Of a stretch of DNA of 16,967 nucleotides, positions 10,205-16,967 are shown piece by piece. The notes under the pieces were generated by a model, which did not search any database, was not told where the DNA came from, and saw only the letters and a program-made list of their open reading frames with translations. The stretch's first letter is position 1. Each line of letters begins with the position of its first letter. This DNA is from Kofleriaceae bacterium. Its GTDB lineage: Bacteria; Myxococcota_A; Polyangia; Haliangiales; Haliangiaceae. The translations under genes were made by a program, and so were the position numbers. The DNA lies in contig CBDCCZ010000059.1 of NCBI GenBank assembly GCA_965215005.1, forward strand, positions 1 through 16,967, read 5' to 3'.

Positions 10205-10507
10205 ATGGCGCGGCTCTTCATCTCGCAAGATCGCCTCGATAGCTGGGCGAGCGAGAACAAGGTGGAAATCGCCGGAGACACGTTGATCGTCTCCGAGCTG
10301 CGCCGCTCGTTCCGGATTTTGCCGGCGGTGCGATTTTTGCGAGTAGCTGGCTCCGAGGCCGATCCTCACGAGCTGTTGGGGACCGTGAAAGACGCCGCTA
10401 CACTCGAGGCGATGGGCGCTGATCTGATGGCCGACTCGGTGATTCTCGGCGACACCGCTTATGAGGTGCAAACCGGCTTCCTCGGCGAGCCGATGGCCAC
10501 GGGATGA
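10205..10507 (+). CDS. Small hypothetical protein (about 100 aa), resembling a conserved myxobacterial family
   Basis: MARLFISQDRLDSWASENKVEIAGDTL...PAVRFLRVAGSEADPHELLGTVK...SVILGDTAYEVQTGFLGEP. Globular composition and ATGA overlap with the next gene. Start at 10205 or 10196. The family resemblance is from recall, not a search. Confidence 0.8.
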   Translation: MARLFISQDRLDSWASENKVEIAGDTLIVSELRRSFRILPAVRFLRVAGSEADPHELLGTVKDAATLEAMGADLMADSVILGDTAYEVQTGFLGEPMATG

Positions 10508-11349
10508 CCTTGCTCGACTCCGCAGCATTCGCTGAGCAGCCGGTGCTTTCGACCGGCTTGTCGCCGGCGTTTTACGTAGCCATGGTCGGGTACGGCATCG
10601 CCGCGGTGCTCTATGTCGGCGTGTTCACCTCGGCACCGCGTTGGGTGGTCACCGTGGCTCGCTGCATGTTGCTCCTGGCGTTCGTCGCCCACGGTATCGA
10701 CATCGGCTGGCGCGGAGTCGAAGAGGTGCATCCCGGAACCTCCGTACGCGAGGCGCTGGGATTTTTTGCGTGGCTGATGGTGGGCGGTTACCTCTTGGCC
10801 AGCCTCCGCTACGCACTGCATGTATTAGGGGCGTTCACTGCTCCCACCGCACTCGTCGTGTTGGCACTGGCGCGGCTGTCGCCGTCGGGAGACGCGGCGC
10901 CCCAAGGCCTCACGATGCTCGGCCGCGTGCACATTTCGCTGGCCACGTTGGGGGTGGCGATATTCGCTCTCGCTACCGCGCTGGCCGTGGTTTATCTCGT
11001 GGAAGATCGCAACCTCAAGCGCAAGAAGTTCGATGGCGTCTTGTTTCGCCGCGGCATCGCCCTGGAGACCTTGGACATGCTGTCGCATCGGCTCGTGCTC
11101 GCCGGCTTTCCCATCTTTACCCTGTCGATCATGCTCGGCGTAATTTGGGTTACCCAGCGCGCCAGCGGCTTCGACCGCCCCGAATATCCTCTTGCTCTCG
11201 TAACCTGGACGAGCTTTGCCGGTCTCATCGTGGTGCGCACCACCCATGGCTGGCGCGGCCGCCGCGCCGCGGTCCTTACCATCATCGGCTTCGCTGCTGC
11301 GGTGTTGGTGTTTGCCATTTACCTGGCGCGGCGCGCGCTGGGGGGCTAA
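10504..11349 (+). CDS. Cytochrome c assembly (CcsA/HemX-like) family integral membrane protein
   Basis: 281 aa with about 8 hydrophobic segments, including RVHISLATLG, LETLDMLSHRLVLAGFPIFTLSIMLGVIW and GWRGRRAAVLTIIGF. Sits directly upstream of hemA. Confidence 0.85.
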   Translation: MTLLDSAAFAEQPVLSTGLSPAFYVAMVGYGIAAVLYVGVFTSAPRWVVTVARCMLLLAFVAHGIDIGWRGVEEVHPGTSVREALGFFAWLMVGGYLLASLRYALHVLGAFTAPTALVVLALARLSPSGDAAPQGLTMLGRVHISLATLGVAIFALATALAVVYLVEDRNLKRKKFDGVLFRRGIALETLDMLSHRLVLAGFPIFTLSIMLGVIWVTQRASGFDRPEYPLALVTWTSFAGLIVVRTTHGWRGRRAAVLTIIGFAAAVLVFAIYLARRALGG

Positions 11350-11351
11350 CG

Positions 11352-12719
11352 ATGGCAAGCGACCTCTTCGTTGTCGGCCTGTCGTGGCGCACCGCGCCGG
11401 TTGCCATTCGCGAAACCGTGGCGTTCGCTGACGACGAGCTGCCGCGGGCGCTGAGCGATCTGTTGGCGCACTCGGCGGTCGATGAAGCGATGCTCATCTC
11501 CACGTGCAACCGGGTGGAGATCTACGGCGTCACCGGCCGGTCGGCGCCGGCCTCGGCGGTCGAGGTAGCAGCCGCGGAGACCCGCAGCTTTCTCTCCAGC
11601 TCACGCGGCGTCTCCGCGGAACGGCTCTCAGCCAACCTCTACGAGCACGTCCGCGCCGACGCAGTGACCCACGTGTTCCGCGTCGCTTCCGCGCTGGACT
11701 CGTTGGTGGTCGGCGAGGCGCAAATCCTCGGCCAGCTGAAAGCGGCGTTCGGCGTTGCTACGCAGCTTGGCGCGACCGGTCCGGTGCTGGGGCGCTGCAT
11801 GGAACGCGCGTTTGGCGTGGCCAAGCGGGTTCGGTCGGAGACCGGCATCAGTCGCGGCGCCGCCAACGTTTCGTCGGTGGCCGTGGAGCTGGCTCGGCAC
11901 GTGTTCGTCGAGCTCACCGGCAAGGTCGTGCTGGTGGTGGGGGCGGGCAAGATGTCGGCGCTCGCGGTGCGGCATCTGCGCGGCGCCGGAGCCGGAACCA
12001 TCTTCGTGACCAACCGCTCCGCAGACAAAGCCGAGCGACTGGCTGCGGAGGTCGATGGCGTCGCCCGGCCGTGGGAGCAGCTCGATAGCATGCTCAGCAT
12101 TGCCGATGTGGTGATCAGCTCCACCGGTGCGACCGCGCCGGTGCTCACCAAGCCGATGTTCAAGAAGGTCATGAAGGCGCGCCGCTATCGCTCGATCGTC
12201 ATCGTCGATATCGCCGTGCCGCGCGATGCCGATCCGGCGATCGGCAAGCAAGATGGCGTGTACCTGTTCGACATCGATGATCTGCAGCGCGTGGTCGCCG
12301 CCAACCTGCAGGAGCGGGCCAAGGAGGCCGAGGCCGCCGGGGCATTGATTGCCCGCGAGGTGTTGGAGTTCGACAAGTGGCTGCGCAGCCAGCGCGTGGT
12401 GCCCACCATTCGCACCTTGCGCGAGCACTTCCATGAGGTCGCGCGGTATGAGGTCGAGCGAACGCTGCAGCAGCTCACGCGCGAGCACAGTCCCGAGCAG
12501 CGCGAGCAGGCCATCCGACGGCTGGGGCAGGTGATCGTGAACAAGCTTTTGCACGCGCCTATGACCGCGCTCAAGAGCGGTGATGATCGCAGCGTCGAGG
12601 CCTTGGTTGCCGCAGCCAACCGATTGTTTGCGTTGCCGAGCGATGGAACGCCGGCGCGCGTGGACCAAGACGGCCCGCCAATCCTGGAGCAGGCGGCGGG
12701 CGAGAGGAACCGAGGATAG
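11352..12719 (+). CDS. hemA: Glutamyl-tRNA reductase
   Basis: 455 aa from ATG 11352 (MASDLFVVGLSWRTAPVAIRE). Catalytic STCNRVEIY, LDSLVVGEAQILGQLK, GAGKMS NADPH loop, DIAVPRD. Confidence 0.97.
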   Translation: MASDLFVVGLSWRTAPVAIRETVAFADDELPRALSDLLAHSAVDEAMLISTCNRVEIYGVTGRSAPASAVEVAAAETRSFLSSSRGVSAERLSANLYEHVRADAVTHVFRVASALDSLVVGEAQILGQLKAAFGVATQLGATGPVLGRCMERAFGVAKRVRSETGISRGAANVSSVAVELARHVFVELTGKVVLVVGAGKMSALAVRHLRGAGAGTIFVTNRSADKAERLAAEVDGVARPWEQLDSMLSIADVVISSTGATAPVLTKPMFKKVMKARRYRSIVIVDIAVPRDADPAIGKQDGVYLFDIDDLQRVVAANLQERAKEAEAAGALIAREVLEFDKWLRSQRVVPTIRTLREHFHEVARYEVERTLQQLTREHSPEQREQAIRRLGQVIVNKLLHAPMTALKSGDDRSVEALVAAANRLFALPSDGTPARVDQDGPPILEQAAGERNRG

Positions 12720-13654
12720 TGAACCGGACCATCACCATCGCCACGCGCGGCAGCGATCTTGCGCTTTGGCAGGCCCACCACGTGCGCGCGTGCCTGCAGA
12801 GCGTGCGGCCCACGGCCGAGATCGAGCTAAAGATCATCAAGACCACCGGCGACATCCGCACGGATGTGGCGCTCTCCAAAATCGGCGGCAAAGCGCTGTT
12901 CGTCAAAGAGATCGAGGCAGCGCTTCTCGATGAATCGGCAGATATCGCCGTGCACAGCATGAAAGACGTGCCGGCCGAGCTGGCACCCGGGCTGTTCATG
13001 GCGGCGATTTCCAGTCGTGAAAACCCGTGCGATGCCCTGTGCACGGCCAATGGTCGCGGCATCGACGCGATTCCCGAAGGCGGCCGCCTCGGTACCTCGA
13101 GCTTGCGCCGACAGTCGCAAATGTTGGCGCGCCGGCCGGATCTGCAGGTGGGACTGCTTCGCGGCAATGTTCCCACGCGACTCAGCAAGCTCGATGCGGG
13201 CGAGTTCGACGCGATCGTGTTGGCGGCTGCCGGGCTGATTCGCCTGGGGCTCGGCAACCGCATCAGTCGGGTCATGTCGCCGGAGTTGTGCCTGCCCGCC
13301 GTGGGCCAGGGCGTGCTCGGAATCGAGACCCGCGCCGGAGACGAGGAGCTCATCGAGTGGGTGCGGCAGGCGTGTCACGATGAGGCCGAGGGCGAGCGAA
13401 TCATCGCCGAGCGCGCGTTCTTGGCGCGGTTGGGCGGCAGCTGCAAAACCCCGCTGGCGGCGTATGCGATTCCACGCGGCGATGGCCAAATGCGCATCGA
13501 TGGCCTGTGCGCTGCTCCCGATGGCAGTCGGATGCTGCGCGCGCAGCGGGTGGGTCCGCCGGAGCAGGGCGAGGCCCTGGGCATCGCGCTCGCCGAGGAT
13601 CTGCTGAGCCAGGGCGCGCAGGAAATCATCGATGCCTGCGTCGCGCTGCAGTGA
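12719..13654 (+). CDS. hemC: Hydroxymethylbilane synthase (porphobilinogen deaminase)
   Basis: 311 aa. ATRGSDLALWQA, GGKALFVKEIE, AVHSMKDVP, GTSSLRRQSQ, LRGNVPTRL and cofactor Cys in GGSCKTP. TAGTG overlap with hemA. Confidence 0.97.
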   Translation: MNRTITIATRGSDLALWQAHHVRACLQSVRPTAEIELKIIKTTGDIRTDVALSKIGGKALFVKEIEAALLDESADIAVHSMKDVPAELAPGLFMAAISSRENPCDALCTANGRGIDAIPEGGRLGTSSLRRQSQMLARRPDLQVGLLRGNVPTRLSKLDAGEFDAIVLAAAGLIRLGLGNRISRVMSPELCLPAVGQGVLGIETRAGDEELIEWVRQACHDEAEGERIIAERAFLARLGGSCKTPLAAYAIPRGDGQMRIDGLCAAPDGSRMLRAQRVGPPEQGEALGIALAEDLLSQGAQEIIDACVALQ

Positions 13655-13714
13655 GCTCGGCGCGCGGCTCTGAGGAGCCGGGGTAGTCGGCTGTGAGCGC
13701 GGCACGTACGGCTT

Positions 13715-13744
13715 TTGCGTATCGCAGGCGCTGCCGCTTACAAT
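13715..13744 (+). promoter_or_regulatory. Candidate sigma70-type promoter for the cpoB-like/tsaP unit
   Basis: TTGCGT (13715-13720), 18-nt spacer, TACAAT (13739-13744). In-frame GTG at 13754 with no Shine-Dalgarno. Confidence 0.45.
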
Positions 13745-13753
13745 GATCGCATC

Positions 13754-14740
13754 GTGTATTGCCGGCCGGTTCTCCGCATCGTGGCCCTCGGGATGTTTGG
13801 ATGGGCATTTCTTTCCTCCTGCGCCGGCGCGCCTGCCGCTCCGGGCGACCCCCAGCTCAAGAATCGGCTCGCCGAGCTGCGCGAGCAGAATCGCTTGGAC
13901 CGGCAGCGCATGCGCGACTTGGAACATCGTCTGGTCCTGCTGCAAGACCAGATGACGACCGAAGCACCGAGCGCACCGAGCGCGCCGACGGAGCCGCCGT
14001 TGCCGATCGAGGTCGTCGAGCCAGAAATCGAGCCCGCTTCGCCGGTCGATGAGCCCGCTTACGAGGTTGTCGGCCTCGACGATCGCGGCAACCAGATCGT
14101 CTACGTCGGTGACGCCGCCAAAGACGAGAGTGTGCGCCCCTCGATCGTTCTGTATCAGGCCCAAGAGCCGCGCGCGATGCGTCGCGAGCGCCGCATCCGT
14201 CCGCCGCTCGATGCTCCGCTCGAGCCATTACCGACAGCACCGGAAGAGCGCATCGTGGCGAGTGCCGGCGCGCCGCCCACGGTGGCTCAGCAGCTGGCGC
14301 AAGCGCGCAGCAGCGGGCGTCCGACGCGGCGCGCTTCCCGCGCCTCCGACGATGGACCGCGCGCCGATTATCAGCGCTATTACGACGCCCTCCGCGCCGG
14401 CAATCATCGGTACGCCATCGCCGGTTTCGATAACTTCTTGGCCCGCTATCCCGACCACGCGTTGGCCGACAACGCGCAGTATTGGCTCGCCGAGGCTCAC
14501 TATGATCGCAAGGAGCTGCCGCGCGCCTTGGCGGCCTTTCGCGAGGTGGTCGAGCGCTTTCCGGAGGGCAACAAGGTGCCCGACGCGCTGCTCAAGATTG
14601 GCTATTGCTACTTAGCGCTCAATCAAGAGAGCAACGCACGGGTGGTGCTCAAACAGCTGGTGCAGATCTATCCCGATAGCGGTCCCGCCGGGCTCGCTGC
14701 CCAGCGGCTCGCCACACTCGAATCCAAAGAGGTGCCATGA
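13754..14740 (+). CDS. ybgF: CpoB/YbgF-like TPR lipoprotein
   Basis: Signal peptide ending in lipobox LSS-C (Cys codon 13820-13822), coiled coil (LKNRLAELREQNRLDRQRMRDLEHRLVLLQDQM), Pro-rich linker, and a YbgF-type TPR C-terminus (FLARYPDHALADNAQYWLAE...FPEGNKVPDALLKIG...YPDS). Start is uncertain (13715, 13754 or 13793). Confidence 0.8.
   Translation: MYCRPVLRIVALGMFGWAFLSSCAGAPAAPGDPQLKNRLAELREQNRLDRQRMRDLEHRLVLLQDQMTTEAPSAPSAPTEPPLPIEVVEPEIEPASPVDEPAYEVVGLDDRGNQIVYVGDAAKDESVRPSIVLYQAQEPRAMRRERRIRPPLDAPLEPLPTAPEERIVASAGAPPTVAQQLAQARSSGRPTRRASRASDDGPRADYQRYYDALRAGNHRYAIAGFDNFLARYPDHALADNAQYWLAEAHYDRKELPRALAAFREVVERFPEGNKVPDALLKIGYCYLALNQESNARVVLKQLVQIYPDSGPAGLAAQRLATLESKEVP
13964..13990 (+). 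repeat. Short in-frame 9-bp tandem repeat (APS-APS-APT) in the linker
   Basis: GCACCGAGC GCACCGAGC GCGCCGACG. Confidence 0.5.
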
Positions 14741-15924
14741 AGCTCGCGATCGCAACGTTCCTGCCGTGCGGACTCCTCGGGGTGACGGGCGCGGCGCAGG
14801 CGCAGGCCATTGGCTCCGACGGTGTTCCGGCCTCACAAGCGCCGGTGCTGGTGCCGGTGCAGCCGCAGGCGGAGGCCGGCCAAGCGGATACCGGCGGCTA
14901 CTACTACATGGACGACTACATCGGCCAGCCGCCCGATGATCTCGACGGCCCCGCAGGCGAAGGCTATTCGGGGCCGGTGCCCGACGTTCACGTGGTTCGC
15001 AGCGGCGATACCCTCTGGGATCTTTCGCAGGCCTACTTCAGCAATCCGTGGGAGTGGCCCAAGGTGTGGTCGTACAACGCCCAAATCACCAATCCGCACT
15101 GGATTTATCCCGGCGATCAGGTTCGGCTCTTGCCGGAAGGACTGCCTGCGGAAGGTGGTGCTATCGCGGGAATGCCGACCACCGTTGCTGCGGCCGCGAT
15201 GGCGCAGCCGGCCCCGATACGGCGGTTTGGCGTCGGTTTGCGGCAATTGGCGTTCGTCGATGTCGACGAGCTCGAGGCCGCCGCGCGGATCGATGGCGGC
15301 GTGGTCGAGAAGGAGCTGCTCGCCGACGGCGACACGGTGTACCTTGCCTACCCAGAGGGTCAAATGCCGCGCACCGGCGAGCGCTTCGCCATCTACGAGG
15401 AAAAGAAGCGCGTAAAGCACCCGGATAGCGGCGAGGTGGTGGGCTCGTATGTGCGTATTTTGGGCGAGCTCGAGGTGGTGAGCGCGCAGCGGGGCAAGCG
15501 GGCGCGCGCCATCATCACCGACTCAAACGATGTCATCGAGCGCGGCGACCGCGTGGGCCCCTTGCAACGCACGTTCAAGACGGTGGAGCCCTCCCGTAAC
15601 GAGGTAAGTCGTCAAGGCACCGTGGTGGCGATGCTCAAAAACGATGAGCTCATCGGTGAGGGCGAAATCGTCTTCCTCGACCTAGGCGCTGCCGATGGCG
15701 TCAAGGTGGGCAATCGGATGTTTGTCGTTCGCCGTGGCGATGCCTACGCCGAGGTGATGGGCCCGGGCGACAATATCGGCAAAGATGACCGGCGCTTTCC
15801 CGCGCGGGCGATCGGCGAGGTGCTGGTGGTGCAGACCGGTGACGAGGTGGCGGTGGGGCTGGTGACCTTGGCGCTCCAGGAGATGGGCGTCGGCGACTTG
15901 GTGCTCATGCGCGCCGCTCCGTGA
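14737..15924 (+). CDS. tsaP: LysM peptidoglycan-binding protein, TsaP-like (type IV pilus secretin-associated)
   Basis: 395 aa. Signal peptide (…AAQAQA), TsaP-type LysM region HVVRSGDTLWDLSQAYFSNPWEWPKVWSYNAQITNPHWIYPGD, and beta-rich C-terminal domains. Directly upstream of dprA, the known context of tsaP homologs. ATGA overlap with the ybgF-like gene. Confidence 0.75.
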   Translation: MKLAIATFLPCGLLGVTGAAQAQAIGSDGVPASQAPVLVPVQPQAEAGQADTGGYYYMDDYIGQPPDDLDGPAGEGYSGPVPDVHVVRSGDTLWDLSQAYFSNPWEWPKVWSYNAQITNPHWIYPGDQVRLLPEGLPAEGGAIAGMPTTVAAAAMAQPAPIRRFGVGLRQLAFVDVDELEAAARIDGGVVEKELLADGDTVYLAYPEGQMPRTGERFAIYEEKKRVKHPDSGEVVGSYVRILGELEVVSAQRGKRARAIITDSNDVIERGDRVGPLQRTFKTVEPSRNEVSRQGTVVAMLKNDELIGEGEIVFLDLGAADGVKVGNRMFVVRRGDAYAEVMGPGDNIGKDDRRFPARAIGEVLVVQTGDEVAVGLVTLALQEMGVGDLVLMRAAP

Positions 15925-16017
15925 CTGGCTCACCGGCATTGCAACAACTTGATTTTGCACGTTCTCCCCCGCCAGCCCTTGACGGGAGCCGAGAGGCTGG
16001 CTACTCCACTTGCCCTT

Positions 16018-16881
16018 GTGAGCCCGTCTTCGTTCACCGCGCTCCCCACTGCCCCCGGGTATCCCCCGCGGCTTGCGGCGTTGACGTCGCCGCCGCGGCT
16101 GTGGGGACAGGGCCGGCTCGCCGCCGCGGGCGGCAGCCGCGTCGTGGCGGTGGTCGGTGCGCGCGCCGCCGATGCCGAGGCCCTTGCTATGGCCACGGCC
16201 TTGGTCACCGAGCTCGCTGGCGACACGGTCATCGTGTCGGGCGGCGCCCTGGGCATCGATTCCGCCGCACACACGGCCGCGCTGAACGCGGGCGGCACCA
16301 CGGTCGCGGTGCTCGGCTGCGGCCTCGATATCATCTATCCCGCCCGCAACGCGGAGCTCTTCGCCGCCATCGCCACCCGGGGGGCGCTGCTCAGCCCATT
16401 CGCGCCGGGCACACCGCCGCGCCCCGGGCATTTCGTTCGCCGCAATGGCATCATCGCCGCGCTCGCCGACGCGGTGGTCGTGATTGGCGCCGGCGCCCGC
16501 TCTGGTGCGCTGCACACCGCGCATGCCGCTGCCAAGCTTGGCCGCGTGGTCGCTGCCAGTCCAGGCTGGGCGGGGTGCGACGCGTTGATCGCCTCCGGCG
16601 CCGCGATGGTCGAGCGCGCCGGTGACCTCGCTGCCGCGCTCGCCGGCGCTCCGAGGAAACCGGTCGTTGTGCTACCGCCCGCCGGTGGTGTCGAGGCGCG
16701 GGTGCTCGAGGTGATCGGCTCCGCGCCGCTCGAGCTCGATCAGATCATCGATGCGGTGGGTGAGCCGGCGCGGCAGGTCGCGCGGTCACTGACAGCACTG
16801 GAAACGCGTGGCCTCGTGAGGCTCCTCGCGGGGCAGTGCTACGTTCGAACGTCGCTCGCCACAGTGCGAGCCGTGGGGTAA
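16018..16881 (+). CDS. dprA: DNA-processing protein DprA/Smf (short form)
   Basis: YPPRL, VAVVGAR, IVSGGALGIDSAAH, TVAVLGCGLDIIYPARN, FVRRNGIIAALAD, SGALHTA, and a C-terminal winged helix (LTALETRGLV). Start is GTG 16018 or TTG 15949. Confidence 0.92.
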   Translation: MSPSSFTALPTAPGYPPRLAALTSPPRLWGQGRLAAAGGSRVVAVVGARAADAEALAMATALVTELAGDTVIVSGGALGIDSAAHTAALNAGGTTVAVLGCGLDIIYPARNAELFAAIATRGALLSPFAPGTPPRPGHFVRRNGIIAALADAVVVIGAGARSGALHTAHAAAKLGRVVAASPGWAGCDALIASGAAMVERAGDLAAALAGAPRKPVVVLPPAGGVEARVLEVIGSAPLELDQIIDAVGEPARQVARSLTALETRGLVRLLAGQCYVRTSLATVRAVG

Positions 16882-16890
16882 GGAACCGCC

Positions 16891-16967
16891 GTGGCCGAAA
16901 AGTCGACAGCCAAAGCCAAATCGCGCTCTTCGTCAGCCGACAAAGAGGATGCCACTAGCAAACCCAA
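16891..16967 (+). CDS. 5' fragment of the next gene, probably type I DNA topoisomerase with a Lys/Ser-rich N-terminal extension
   Basis: AAGGA RBS (16880-16884) then GTG 16891, reading MAEKSTAKAKSRSSSADKEDATSKP... and open to the window edge. The identity rests only on the common dprA-topA order. Confidence 0.45.
   Translation, partial: MAEKSTAKAKSRSSSADKEDATSKP

Noticed and set aside
10641..11351. 692-aa HemA ORF with a 237-aa N-terminal extension, or a CcsA-HemA frameshift fusion
   Set aside because: The extension is Arg/Pro/Gly-rich off-frame sequence lying inside the CcsA-like gene. HemA homology begins at ATG 11352 and I saw no slippery site.

Overview
High-GC core-genome window, most likely from a myxobacterium (Myxococcota, possibly Haliangium-like; inferred from gene order and protein style). 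Left to right: (1) a large minus-strand TPR-type gene running off the left edge that the supplied ORF track missed; (2) a PpiD/SurA-like membrane-anchored chaperone; (3) a divergent elongasome operon mreB-mreC-mreD-mrdA-rodA, with mrdA (PBP2) broken by one extra A at 7989-7991; (4) a convergent trxA; (5) a divergent operon of a small hypothetical, a CcsA/HemX-like membrane protein with a degenerate WWD motif, hemA and hemC; (6) a CpoB/YbgF-like lipoprotein, a LysM TsaP-like protein, a short dprA and the start of a probable topA. I found no RNA genes, CRISPR array or mobile elements, and no clearly novel system. The best leads are the PBP2 frameshift, the unannotated TPR gene, the hypothetical plus WWD-less CcsA-like pair fronting hemA, and candidate leaderless promoters.
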